Source of the DNA: a virus
Taxonomy: Duplodnaviria; Caudoviricetes
Length of the DNA: 36,829 bases
Virus record (IMG/VR): IMGVR_UViG_3300012232_000031
Coordinates: 1-36,829 of that record
Direction: 5' to 3' (one strand)
Numbering within the stretch: position 1 is the first letter of the stretch; the number at the start of each line of letters is the position of its first letter. The position numbers and the translations under genes are program-made. The notes below the pieces were generated by a model. It saw only the letters and a program-made list of their open reading frames with translations. It was not told where the DNA came from and ran no database searches. Below, in pieces: positions 9,159 through 17,112 of this stretch.

Positions 9159-10718
9159 CTACCGTCGCGCCAGGAGCTTGTCAAGGGGATTCCAAAGACG
9201 GAACCTACCCTGCCTGGATTCTGGGGGCCAGGGGAACATAGCACCCATGCTACCAGGGGGATAGGGACGAGGGGCTGGGCGATGGGGCCTGCCTGCAAAG
9301 CGGGAGAAATCTGCGAGGGCAGTGAGGATCACATCGTGGCCCTTGGAACCTGTAGCGCTCATCTGGTCAAACTCCTCCTGGACATCAACGGCGCGGTCTA
9401 GGCCCTCGATGGCCCAGAAGTGACCCTTGCTGATGGCAGGTTCGAGACTGAGGATTCTGGCTGCCTTACTGGCAAGTGGGCGGTCCACTTCAGTGAATGG
9501 GATACTACTGTGTGCATGCTTATCTACCAGGTCCATGGCAGGACCCAGGGTGTTCTCCATAACTGAGCTGTCTACGAACACTGAGTCCAGGGCATAGCTG
9601 GTGGACAGGAAGGCCAGGTCATCCAGTAGCTGGCCGGGGGTGTATCTACCTGTCCATACTCTACGCAGGTATAGGTTACCCAAGTAGTCCACGCTGACCA
9701 GGATAATGACATCGTAGCGCCCCTCAATCTTGTCGTTGCGGTAGAGCACACTCACGTAGTTGGCAAGGGGCTCTGGGAGGTCTCTCTCTTCCAGTCGGCG
9801 CACTTCCTTCCACTTGAGGATAGCCTGATCGGCAGGAGTAGGATTCAGTAGATACTGACAGTTGAAGATGTAGTCAGTGCCATCAACAGATCGAAGCTCT
9901 TGCCGAAGTTCCTCTATCCTAGCTGGCGGAAACCTCATCTTGCCCCTGCTATCAGGACCAGGCCAGTGAGGAACTCCAGGGGCAGCCCACACATTAGTCT
10001 TGTGAATCAGTAGATTATGCTCACCACGATGCAACCTGCGAAACTCTTTCTCTCTCCTGACTTGGCGGCTATAGCTATCATCATGGTGCCAGAAGGTGCC
10101 CTCTTGACAGATGCGGGACTCACTAGGGTTGTGCCTCAGCTGGAAGCTGTTGAGGAACCACTCCCAGTGCTTGTCTCGCTGCTCCTGGGTGGCGACGTGA
10201 GTGCTGTCCAGCATGTCGTCATAGTTCAGCTTGTCGAAGTGCATGGAGACAGCGGAACCTTCGACAGAGACTAGGGTGACAGTTGACTCTCCAGTGATGG
10301 TCCTACCAGGGACTTCAAAAGCAGTGTCACTCCAGATACGACCCCACTGCTTGACTCTGCCAGCTGGGATGCAGAGGTGTGGAAACAGCAACCGCATCCT
10401 TGGGTTATCACTAAACTGTCTACGGATATCGCGTATGATGCGTTTACCAGTGTCATACTTGGCATTGAAGATGGCGACCCTGATGTTGGGATTAAGGCAA
10501 GTCTCATACGCTGTGTCTCCAATTGTCAGGATACTTGTCTTGAGATGGCCGCGAGGCTCTAGGTGAAGGGTGATACGTTCTTGCCGCCAGTCTTGGCGAG
10601 ACTGACAGAGATCCCTGTGGAACTTGTTGTTAATGTCTGGATAGCCCATCACATAGTAGTTGAACAGGTGGAAGTCGTTGAGGACCTTCCTGCGGGCGTC
10701 TTCTAGCTCCAAGGACAT
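9159..10718 (-). CDS. terL: Terminase large subunit (ATPase intact, nuclease motifs degenerate)
   Basis: Walker A EPRGHLKT, Walker B FDKLNYDD, coupling motif GTFWHHDD, FNCQYLLNP; C-terminal RNase H-like region with SKAARILSLEP. Confidence 0.88.
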   Translation of the reverse strand: MSLELEDARRKVLNDFHLFNYYVMGYPDINNKFHRDLCQSRQDWRQERITLHLEPRGHLKTSILTIGDTAYETCLNPNIRVAIFNAKYDTGKRIIRDIRRQFSDNPRMRLLFPHLCIPAGRVKQWGRIWSDTAFEVPGRTITGESTVTLVSVEGSAVSMHFDKLNYDDMLDSTHVATQEQRDKHWEWFLNSFQLRHNPSESRICQEGTFWHHDDSYSRQVRREKEFRRLHRGEHNLLIHKTNVWAAPGVPHWPGPDSRGKMRFPPARIEELRQELRSVDGTDYIFNCQYLLNPTPADQAILKWKEVRRLEERDLPEPLANYVSVLYRNDKIEGRYDVIILVSVDYLGNLYLRRVWTGRYTPGQLLDDLAFLSTSYALDSVFVDSSVMENTLGPAMDLVDKHAHSSIPFTEVDRPLASKAARILSLEPAISKGHFWAIEGLDRAVDVQEEFDQMSATGSKGHDVILTALADFSRFAGRPHRPAPRPYPPGSMGAMFPWPPESRQGRFRLWNPLDKLLARR

Positions 10719-10961
10719 CTAGATATATTCAACCTTCAACTTCCATAGCTGGGTGACAAGGCCAGAGCCAACCCCACTATGGATAACAAGATCAGTGGCT
10801 TTCTCTACACCGGCATTGTAGGCAGCCTTGAGCCTATGTGTAAACATATCCACACAGCTGTCTATGTCTACCTTGCCGGCATCACGATCTACCATATGCT
10901 GGAGATTGGCGAGGAAGTAGCGAGCGCTGGCTTCAAACTCAGTGATAGGAGGGGCGTTCAT
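10719..10961 (-). CDS. Hypothetical protein
   Basis: 80 aa with AGGTG SD; its stop abuts the TerL ATG. Confidence 0.6.
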   Translation of the reverse strand: MNAPPITEFEASARYFLANLQHMVDRDAGKVDIDSCVDMFTHRLKAAYNAGVEKATDLVIHSGVGSGLVTQLWKLKVEYI

Positions 10962-10968
10962 GGTTCAC

Positions 10969-11487
10969 CTACATACTATCCAAGCTGTCAGGGTTACTGG
11001 GGTCTGCGCCTAGAGACAGGTCGGGGAGGATCGGCCCACTGCCCACCTTGTTGGTGCCAGAGTCTAGCTTGCGGCGCAGATCATACAGGCGGTCAGTAGT
11101 CTCAATCAGGTAGCGGAGATCCACTGCCTTCACACTGTCTGGGTCGTTGAGCCCCTTCTCCAGCTTCTTCTCTAGGATGGTCTCAGCGATGCGTAGGCGG
11201 CGCAAGACCTTGGTCTCAAGGAGAGCCCCGCCCTTCAACACTGCCTTGGCAGCTTCACTGTCTCCTGCGTAGGCAAGATCGCGGGCTACCTCCCAAGCTT
11301 CCTCATCCTTGGCAGCTAGGAAGACAGTCTCAGCGTAGCCCACATCTCCAGCCGCCTTGGTAAGATTGGGGTCTCTACTCAGGTAGAAGGCACGGGCTTT
11401 CGCCAACTTTGCCGCCCTGATGTCCTGTGGCAAGTTGCACAGGCAGGAGATTGTGTCGTGCTTCTCAGTAGTCTCTACTTCTGGCAT
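10969..11487 (-). CDS. Putative terminase small subunit
   Basis: Likely ATG at 11487 (GGAG upstream). N-terminal HTH-like segment (NLTKAAGDVGYAETVF...W) then a helical oligomerisation-like region; two genes upstream of TerL. Confidence 0.5.
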   Translation of the reverse strand: MPEVETTEKHDTISCLCNLPQDIRAAKLAKARAFYLSRDPNLTKAAGDVGYAETVFLAAKDEEAWEVARDLAYAGDSEAAKAVLKGGALLETKVLRRLRIAETILEKKLEKGLNDPDSVKAVDLRYLIETTDRLYDLRRKLDSGTNKVGSGPILPDLSLGADPSNPDSLDSM

Positions 11488-11550
11488 ACAGTCTCCAGGC
11501 AATGAGGGAGAAGACAAGGATACCCAGGACCAGCCCAGATAGCACTGTGG

Positions 11551-11793
11551 CTACCTGGTCGGCGGCTGATTGAGGTAGGCAAGAATGCGCTGGAGAGCTG
11601 CCCATCCAAGGTCGCTGGCAATCTGAGTATCAGTCTTGCCGGCTGCACGGTCTGCCTGCACATGCAGGATGACTGCCTGGATGGGCTCAATCTCCTGGTA
11701 GTATTGGGCAGAGTTGACGGGGTCTACGCGGACCGACCCACAGGAGCAGAGAGCAATAGACGCGGCCAGCATGACTGCAAGTTTGTGCTTCAT
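11551..11793 (-). CDS. Small lipoprotein
   Basis: MKHKLAVMLAASIALCSC: basic N-terminus, hydrophobic core and lipobox-like LCSC. Confidence 0.6.
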   Translation of the reverse strand: MKHKLAVMLAASIALCSCGSVRVDPVNSAQYYQEIEPIQAVILHVQADRAAGKTDTQIASDLGWAALQRILAYLNQPPTR

Positions 11794-12091
11794 GACCGAG
11801 ATTGTCCACCGGCCCCATCCACAAATCAAGTGGGGGCCCCATCCTACCTCCTGGCCGGCACCCCCTCTGGTGGGCTCTCTCCCTATCCAATCCCTGGATA
11901 TCCAGTCTAGCTATCCAATACTCATATCCAATATCCAATATAGGGGATAACCCGCTCTGGATGAAGGAGATTGGGGGGATGGATGGGTGTGCAAACACCG
12001 GCATCACCTTAGGTGAAAGGCCACCCCCTTGGGAAGGCTCTCTCCTGGCCCAGACAGCCCCCCCACCGGTGGCCTACTACGGTGCTAGCAT

Positions 12092-12102
12092 AGTGTAACA
12101 AC
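12092..12102 (-). promoter_or_regulatory. Candidate leftward (late-operon) extended -10 promoter
   Basis: Minus strand GTTGTTACACT (TGn-TACACT); no clear -35 element. Confidence 0.35.
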
Positions 12103-12501
12103 GCTGTCGCCTGCTAGGGTGGGGACTTGACAGCTACGGAAGTCCCCCTTCACACTACCCCCTGGGTATGAAGTATGGGTATTGGATATGGGATACCCAT
12201 ATGGGGATTGGATGTCCATATCCAATATAGGGTTAGGATGGTAGGGGGGATGGATGTAGGGATGGGATGCTAGGGCTACTGGTAGTCTCCACTACAGTAG
12301 ACCGCTGCCCAGGGGAGACTGGAAAGGGAACCACCAGGGATTGTGGATCGAGGGATAGACCCATACCAGATAGGGAAACTACTTGGGATGAATCCCGGTA
12401 GACAGAAAGAAAACTTTGAGTGTCCCTAGTCTAGCTAGGATACAGGGTTAGGATTGAGTCAGTCTAGACAGACTGGAATTCTGGTAGTCATAACCCCTCA
12501 T

Positions 12502-12530
12502 TTTACACTCATTCACCGGAAGGGTAGAGG
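12502..12530 (+). promoter_or_regulatory. Candidate sigma70-type early promoter
   Basis: TTTACA-17 nt-TAGAGG upstream of the first early gene, followed by hairpin GACCAGC-7-GCTGGTC. Confidence 0.4.
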
Positions 12531-12626
12531 GACCAGCAAAGGAAGCTGGTCGAGCGACTATAGCAACGTCAGGCACTAGGAAACCAATCCCCTAGATAGG
12601 CTAGGGGGAAAGAAAGAGAAAGAGAC

Positions 12627-12959
12627 ATGCAAGCATACAGCGATCCCAAAAGGGAGAGCGATCCTACTGCGCTCCCCGACGTGGAAGTCTTCTCACTGTG
12701 GAATCAGGAAGCCTACTGTGAGAACTGCGACGAAGAGATACTCTATCAAGGAGAGCACAAGAACATCCTTCACTGTTCAGGGTGCGCTAGGCGCATCGGT
12801 CCGCCAGACACAAGGACTACTCTGCCGACAGTAGGCTGCTACTGGCGGTCCTGTTTCCCCGGCTGTCTCCCAGATGGTGACCCTGTAGGACCGTTCACTA
12901 CTGAGGCGGAAGCCCTGGCAGATGCCCAGCAAGAGTCAGACAACGAAGAGGAAGAGTAA
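12627..12959 (+). CDS. Hypothetical early protein with Zn-ribbon-like Cys pairs
   Basis: CENC, CSGC, then YWRSCFPGCLPDGDPVGPFTTEAEALADAQ, a pattern I associate with small phage early proteins. Confidence 0.7.
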   Translation: MQAYSDPKRESDPTALPDVEVFSLWNQEAYCENCDEEILYQGEHKNILHCSGCARRIGPPDTRTTLPTVGCYWRSCFPGCLPDGDPVGPFTTEAEALADAQQESDNEEEE

Positions 12960-12963
12960 CCCC

Positions 12964-13083
12964 ATGACGACCCTCTACTACTACTTCGTCTGCCAGTGTG
13001 GGTTTACCTGCACTCTGGCATTCTGCTCGGATGGCAGCACCTCAGTCACGGGAGGGACAATCTGGCTACGTATACTTTCCTAG
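12964..13083 (+). CDS. Small hypothetical protein (39 aa)
   Basis: MTTLYYYFVCQCGFTCTLAFCSDG...; below the ORF-track cutoff; starts 4 nt after the previous stop. Confidence 0.35.
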   Translation: MTTLYYYFVCQCGFTCTLAFCSDGSTSVTGGTIWLRILS

Positions 13084-13239
13084 ATCCCTTCTCTAACCCT
13101 CTTTCCTAGAGAGGGTGATCCGCCAGGGTGCATGGCCCTGGTGTGAGTGACAAGTCCCACACTTCCGACTAGGGCGAACCTAGCCAAGTGTCACTTGGGC
13201 GGCAATTGTGCCGGCTAACGTGGGCAGGAAAGAAACAAG

Positions 13240-13572
13240 ATGGACGCCAACGAAGACAGAGACGACGTGGAAGTTATCTCTTCCTACGTGCTGACGTGGA
13301 AGAGGCCAGACTCTTTCTGCCGTGCCTACGGACACAGTTCCAAGAACTTCATGTCCAACGAGATACTCGGCTACGTCAACAAGCCGGGCCGTTTCTCCCT
13401 GGAACTGTCCAGAGGTAGCGGCATCATGGGCGGCACCATCTGGGGAGTCACCATCGCGCTAGCTGGTGGTAAGCGGTGCAAGGAGTCTGCCTGCTTCCAC
13501 AGTAGGGCGGCTGCCGATGACTTCATCCGGGAAGTGCTGGCCGGCAAGGTGACTCTCACTGTGCAGCCATGA
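13240..13572 (+). CDS. Hypothetical early protein
   Basis: 110 aa; AGGA upstream; ATGA overlap with the next gene. Confidence 0.65.
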   Translation: MDANEDRDDVEVISSYVLTWKRPDSFCRAYGHSSKNFMSNEILGYVNKPGRFSLELSRGSGIMGGTIWGVTIALAGGKRCKESACFHSRAAADDFIREVLAGKVTLTVQP

Positions 13573-13781
13573 AAGCAACTAGCGGACCGTATGAGGCAGT
13601 CACTGCCCGTGAGATGGTCTACCGTCTCGGTAGTCAGTGCTCGCCCATGAGCGGCAAGGCTGGCTATGTAGTCGGCCCAGACATCAACGGACGAATCTGT
13701 CACCTTATTACTTGCACCACCCTAGCAGAGGCTAGGGAACGGGCGGACAGGCTCAACAAGGTAACCAAAGAGACACCGTGA
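13569..13781 (+). CDS. Hypothetical protein
   Basis: 70 aa; coupled by ATGA overlap. Confidence 0.6.
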   Translation: MKATSGPYEAVTAREMVYRLGSQCSPMSGKAGYVVGPDINGRICHLITCTTLAEARERADRLNKVTKETP

Positions 13782-14014
13782 ACCTCCCCCTTTGCCAGCT
13801 AGTAGTAGAACTCACCCTGGCTACAGCTAGGAAGGTGCCAAGACTGGCCCTAGCCCTCGCCATCTCGGAGACGGCCCGCAGACCGCCCACGTTGCCCCAG
13901 GATCGACGCAAGCGGGGCCAATCGACCCAAGGTAGCCGGTAGGGTCCGGATCGATCCTGGGCCAGCCTGGACAGCGACAAGAAGAAATCCGCAATCACCG
14001 TAGGAGACCTAACC

Positions 14015-14281
14015 ATGACCGTAGACATCACCCCCACCGGCATGTTGACCCCTGAGGGTCGCGTCCGGGTAGCTGAGGCAGAGGCCAAGGTAGTAGCTGC
14101 CCTGGGTGCCTGTGCTGACTACCTTGCCGAGATGGTGGCCGACCCTGGCCCAGACTGGGGAATGTTCAGCGAGCATGCGAGGCGGAAGACCCTTGTCCAG
14201 CGTAGGCAGGATGCTACCGAGGAACTCTTGCTGGCACTCTGTGATCGGCCCAATGTAGCTGCACAGGCAGCAGGAGACTGA
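14015..14281 (+). CDS. Hypothetical protein
   Basis: 88 aa; AGGAG SD. Confidence 0.65.
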   Translation: MTVDITPTGMLTPEGRVRVAEAEAKVVAALGACADYLAEMVADPGPDWGMFSEHARRKTLVQRRQDATEELLLALCDRPNVAAQAAGD

Positions 14282-14284
14282 CAG

Positions 14285-14404
14285 ATGCGTGAGCTTCTCT
14301 CGGATGTTTTGGTAGCAGTTCTCGTGGTGTGGGGCAAGGTGTCCATGATGGCCGTAGCTGTTGTAGTGGCCATCTGCATCTGCCGACAGCTGGGTGTCCT
14401 GTGA
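14285..14404 (+). CDS. Small membrane protein (39 aa)
   Basis: MRELLSDVLVAVLVVWGKVSMMAVAVVVAICICRQLGVL; AGGAG SD; not in the ORF track. Confidence 0.5.
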   Translation: MRELLSDVLVAVLVVWGKVSMMAVAVVVAICICRQLGVL

Positions 14405-14544
14405 CTCCCCCTCTAGTCAAGCTCGACAGCCAGGGATCCAACCGGGGACCCGATGTTGACATAGCCTTCTGGCTAGTCTGGTTGCTGGTGGCGATCCTGG
14501 CCATCCTCTTCGCCCTTCGCTGGTATGAAGGGGGGCATGGGTAG
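14401..14544 (+). CDS. Small membrane protein (47 aa)
   Basis: GTGA overlap; single TM segment IAFWLVWLLVAILAILFAL. Confidence 0.5.
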   Translation: MTPPLVKLDSQGSNRGPDVDIAFWLVWLLVAILAILFALRWYEGGHG

Positions 14545-14546
14545 CC

Positions 14547-14708
14547 ATGCTGGACAGCAACTCCACAGCCCTTGAAGTCCTAGCCGCCTTCCAGTCCTGG
14601 CTGGACAACTTCCGTGGGACCGTAGTCCATCTCCAGACTCTACAAGACTGGGTATACGACATGCGAGTGCAGCTGACTACCACCCCTAGTGGTCCCAGCA
14701 GCCTCTAG
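14547..14708 (+). CDS. Small hypothetical protein (53 aa)
   Basis: MLDSNSTALEVLAAFQSWLDNFRG...; starts 2 nt after the previous stop; not in the ORF track. Confidence 0.45.
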   Translation: MLDSNSTALEVLAAFQSWLDNFRGTVVHLQTLQDWVYDMRVQLTTTPSGPSSL

Positions 14709-14727
14709 GATTTCTCAATTTTCCTTC

Positions 14728-14756
14728 TTGACAGCCAGTCTTGCCCCCTCTAGAAG
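14728..14756 (+). promoter_or_regulatory. Sigma70-type promoter
   Basis: TTGACA (14728-33), 17 nt, TAGAAG (14751-56), with a T-rich tract upstream. Confidence 0.6.
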
Positions 14757-14766
14757 GGTCCCCACT

Positions 14767-15042
14767 ATGGCAACGAACCCGACTCCCGTGAAGAACTCTC
14801 CCCCGGCCAACCGTGTCTCTGGTGTGGATGGCAGTGCCCCTGTCAAGCGCCGCAACATGACGGATGGCCCAAGCTACCGGCTCCGCAGCGCTATCCGGCT
14901 GCATATCCGGAAGGCCAGTGGCTTCGCCCCCTCTACTGCCCAGGTGAACCTGGAATCTCTCCTGGCCTACGCCCGCAGCATCAAGTGCCCGATTCCGGCT
15001 GGCTGCGATGCCCTGGAGGGAGACGACGGCGGCGAGGAGTAG
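14767..15042 (+). CDS. Small basic hypothetical protein (91 aa), probably near-leaderless
   Basis: ATG 10 nt after the -10 box; R/K-rich core (KRRN, YRLRSAIRLHIRK) and acidic tail. Confidence 0.6.
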   Translation: MATNPTPVKNSPPANRVSGVDGSAPVKRRNMTDGPSYRLRSAIRLHIRKASGFAPSTAQVNLESLLAYARSIKCPIPAGCDALEGDDGGEE

Positions 15043-15367
15043 CTGAAACTGGCAGCCTGAGCCAGACAGGCACCTCCTAGGAGGGTTTGACTAGGTGACC
15101 TAGGCTCTCACCTAGATATCTTGATAGTTTCCAGGATGGAAGGGTAGGCAGATAGGTAACGTGACTAGAGCCAACAATCCCTCTGGTCGGAGTTGCCCAT
15201 GACTCTTGCCTACCCTTCGATCCTTGAAACCATGAAACAGTCAGCTTGCTAGTAACCGCCCCCAGGGTCTAGTTTCTTTGGCAACTGAGCGGTTGCCCGG
15301 GGTGGCTTCTAGGCCCTGGTCCTTCCCCTCCTCCGTGGCTGGCAAGCTGGCTGTTTCATTGTTTCAG
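15043..15367 (+). ncRNA. Candidate large structured RNA (unknown class)
   Basis: Closing helix 15043-49/15361-67; 24-bp stem 15127-50/15207-30; 22-bp stem 15232-53/15338-59 whose three non-Watson-Crick pairs are all G-U; nested inner stems. Confidence 0.6.
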
Positions 15368-15505
15368 AAGTTAGTCCCATGACCCCTTCTCTCCACACTT
15401 GCAGTCTCTGCTACCAGATCCGGCCCCTGAGTGAACTCCGTGTCTCTCGGGTAGGCTACCAGTATCTCTACTTCTGCGTTGGTCCCCATCGCCAGGACAC
15501 CGACA

Positions 15506-16402
15506 TTGAAGATTCGCAACACAGCCATCCAGTCATGGAAGGACTGCCGCAAGGCGTTCCTCCTCAGCTGGGCCCTGGGGTATCGCCGCAAGGGCCTACC
15601 TCCCCAGCCCCTACTGTTGGGCCAGTTGGTCCACGTAGGTCTAGCCGCATTCCATCAGGGCAAGTCAGCCCAGGAAGCCCTGCTAGCAGCTGCAACGGAG
15701 CTAGCCGGCAAGCCCGGTTCTCTCTCAGCCGCTGATGTCGAGAACCTAGAGACGGCTCATGGACTCGCCCAGGCTATGTGTCTGGGCTATGCGGCTCACT
15801 ACAAGGGCGGCAAAGACTTCCAGCAGGTAGAGATTCCCTTCGAGTTCCCCATCGGCAACGAGCACCATCTCACTGGCACCATCGATGGGCTGAAGACTGA
15901 GTCTGACGATCTCTGGGTAGTCGAGCACAAGACTACTAGCGACTTCTCCCAGCCCTACTTCGACGCAGCCAGCATCTCCACCCAGATCATGGGCTACATG
16001 GTGGGTGCGCGCAAGCTGACAGGTAGGTGGCCCAAGGGTGTCATCTACAATGTGATCTTTAAGTCTGCTCTGCGCCAACGCACCAAGGAAGACCGCCCTG
16101 AGTTCTTCAAGAGGGTCCACCAGCAGTATCTGGAGGAGCCTACTGAGATGTTCAGGAGGGTGCCGATAGTGGTCCCCAAGAGACAGCTAGCCTCCTACAT
16201 GGCGGACCTGTCCTACATCACCCACCAGATCGCTGAGGCTGTCGCCAACATGGAGAGATTGCCTGAGGCTTTCTACCCCAACACCGGCACCTGCCTGCGG
16301 GGCAGGAGTCCCTGCCAACACCTACCTACCTGTTCTGCCTACCAGGACAGGCCGGATCCCCACTTTTGGGCAGTAAGCCCGGAGGATATTGTCCATGTCT
16401 AG
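15506..16402 (+). CDS. PD-(D/E)XK exonuclease, Cas4/AddB-like with Fe-S cysteines
   Basis: WKDCRK, GTIDGL, VVEHKT, QIMGY and C-terminal C.....PC....C; probable TTG start at 15506 after AGGA (the track starts at 15479). Confidence 0.8.
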   Translation: MKIRNTAIQSWKDCRKAFLLSWALGYRRKGLPPQPLLLGQLVHVGLAAFHQGKSAQEALLAAATELAGKPGSLSAADVENLETAHGLAQAMCLGYAAHYKGGKDFQQVEIPFEFPIGNEHHLTGTIDGLKTESDDLWVVEHKTTSDFSQPYFDAASISTQIMGYMVGARKLTGRWPKGVIYNVIFKSALRQRTKEDRPEFFKRVHQQYLEEPTEMFRRVPIVVPKRQLASYMADLSYITHQIAEAVANMERLPEAFYPNTGTCLRGRSPCQHLPTCSAYQDRPDPHFWAVSPEDIVHV

Positions 16403-16769
16403 GACTCACAACGCGCTCATTGAGGCTGTCCGCATCACCAACGACGACCACGGCACACTGTCTGCCTGGCTGACACTGGACTATGGCGAGGAAGGTGGGC
16501 ATCAAGGCTTTGGCGGCTACGCACTCTACCTGCCTACCAGCTTCAAGCATCACAAGGGCCAGGGCAACTATGCAGGGCTGTTCATCTGGCGCTGCATGGA
16601 GGTAGCCGAAGTCACTGAGTGGAACCAGATGGTAGGCAAGTCGATCAGGGTGCGCCGTGGCGACAACTTTGGCGACTCAGTCGAAGCCATCGGCCACATC
16701 ACCAAGGCTGTCTGGTTCTGTCCCAAGGAAGAGTTTGCTGCACTTGTCAAGGAGGCCGCCAGTGTCTGA
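16395..16769 (+). CDS. Hypothetical phage protein
   Basis: DHGTLSAWLTLDYG..GHQGFGGYAL...GKSIRVR...AIGHI; overlaps the upstream stop. Confidence 0.7.
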   Translation: MSRTHNALIEAVRITNDDHGTLSAWLTLDYGEEGGHQGFGGYALYLPTSFKHHKGQGNYAGLFIWRCMEVAEVTEWNQMVGKSIRVRRGDNFGDSVEAIGHITKAVWFCPKEEFAALVKEAASV

Positions 16770-17112
16770 GGAACCCGAGGATGGCCCTACCGGTATGCGC
16801 CAGCCAGAAGTCCTAGGCTGTTTTGTGCAGGCAACTGAGTCAGCTGCCCAGGCATTCCACCTAGTCAAGCTGCTGGCAGAGATCACTGGGCAACAAGCCA
16901 CCTTTGCCACCCTGCTGGACAAGGATCAGCTGCCCCAGTTCCACCAGGAGATGGAGGACATCAGGGTCCTGTCCAGGCTGGTAGTGCTGTCCTGTGCAAG
17001 GCTCACCAACCTCCTACGTGTCAAGTCAGCTGCTTACCCACCCCACAGCCAGCTGCCCCTGGTCAAGATGCAGTTGCAGCAGAAGCCACCTACCGACCTG
17101 AGGGCAACATGA
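16762..17112 (+). CDS. Hypothetical protein
   Basis: GTG start after AAGGAGG; overlap-coupled on both sides. Confidence 0.6.
   Translation: MSEEPEDGPTGMRQPEVLGCFVQATESAAQAFHLVKLLAEITGQQATFATLLDKDQLPQFHQEMEDIRVLSRLVVLSCARLTNLLRVKSAAYPPHSQLPLVKMQLQQKPPTDLRAT

Larger units (their letters stand above)
11830..12626. repeat. Divergent non-coding control region with TATCCAAT / ATTGGAT repeats
   Basis: About 800 bp between the late and early arms. TATCCAAT starts at 11884, 11912, 11925, 11932 and 12219; inverse TATTGGATATG at 12180-12190; palindromes TGGATATCCA (11895) and CCCATATGGG (12196); G-runs at 12230-12275. Confidence 0.7.

Noticed and set aside
11830-12626. Protelomerase (hairpin telomere) target site
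   Set aside because: Only short palindromes of about 10 bp are present, with no long perfect one, and there is no tyrosine-recombinase-like gene in the window.
13165-13230. c-di-GMP-I riboswitch resemblance (AGGGCGAACC...GGCAA...CTAA)
   Set aside because: It lacks the GNRA tetraloop/receptor and a convincing second stem; the similarity is too weak without a covariance search.
13778-13942. 54-codon ORF coupled by GTGA overlap
   Set aside because: No recognisable features and it overlaps an inverted repeat; coding status cannot be supported.
15127-15367. CRISPR mini-array next to a Cas4-like gene (GTTTC...GAAAC ends)
   Set aside because: These are inverted arms of hairpins, not direct repeats with spacers. 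The nuclease sits in a standard exonuclease-Sak4-SSB recombination module, and no other cas genes are present.
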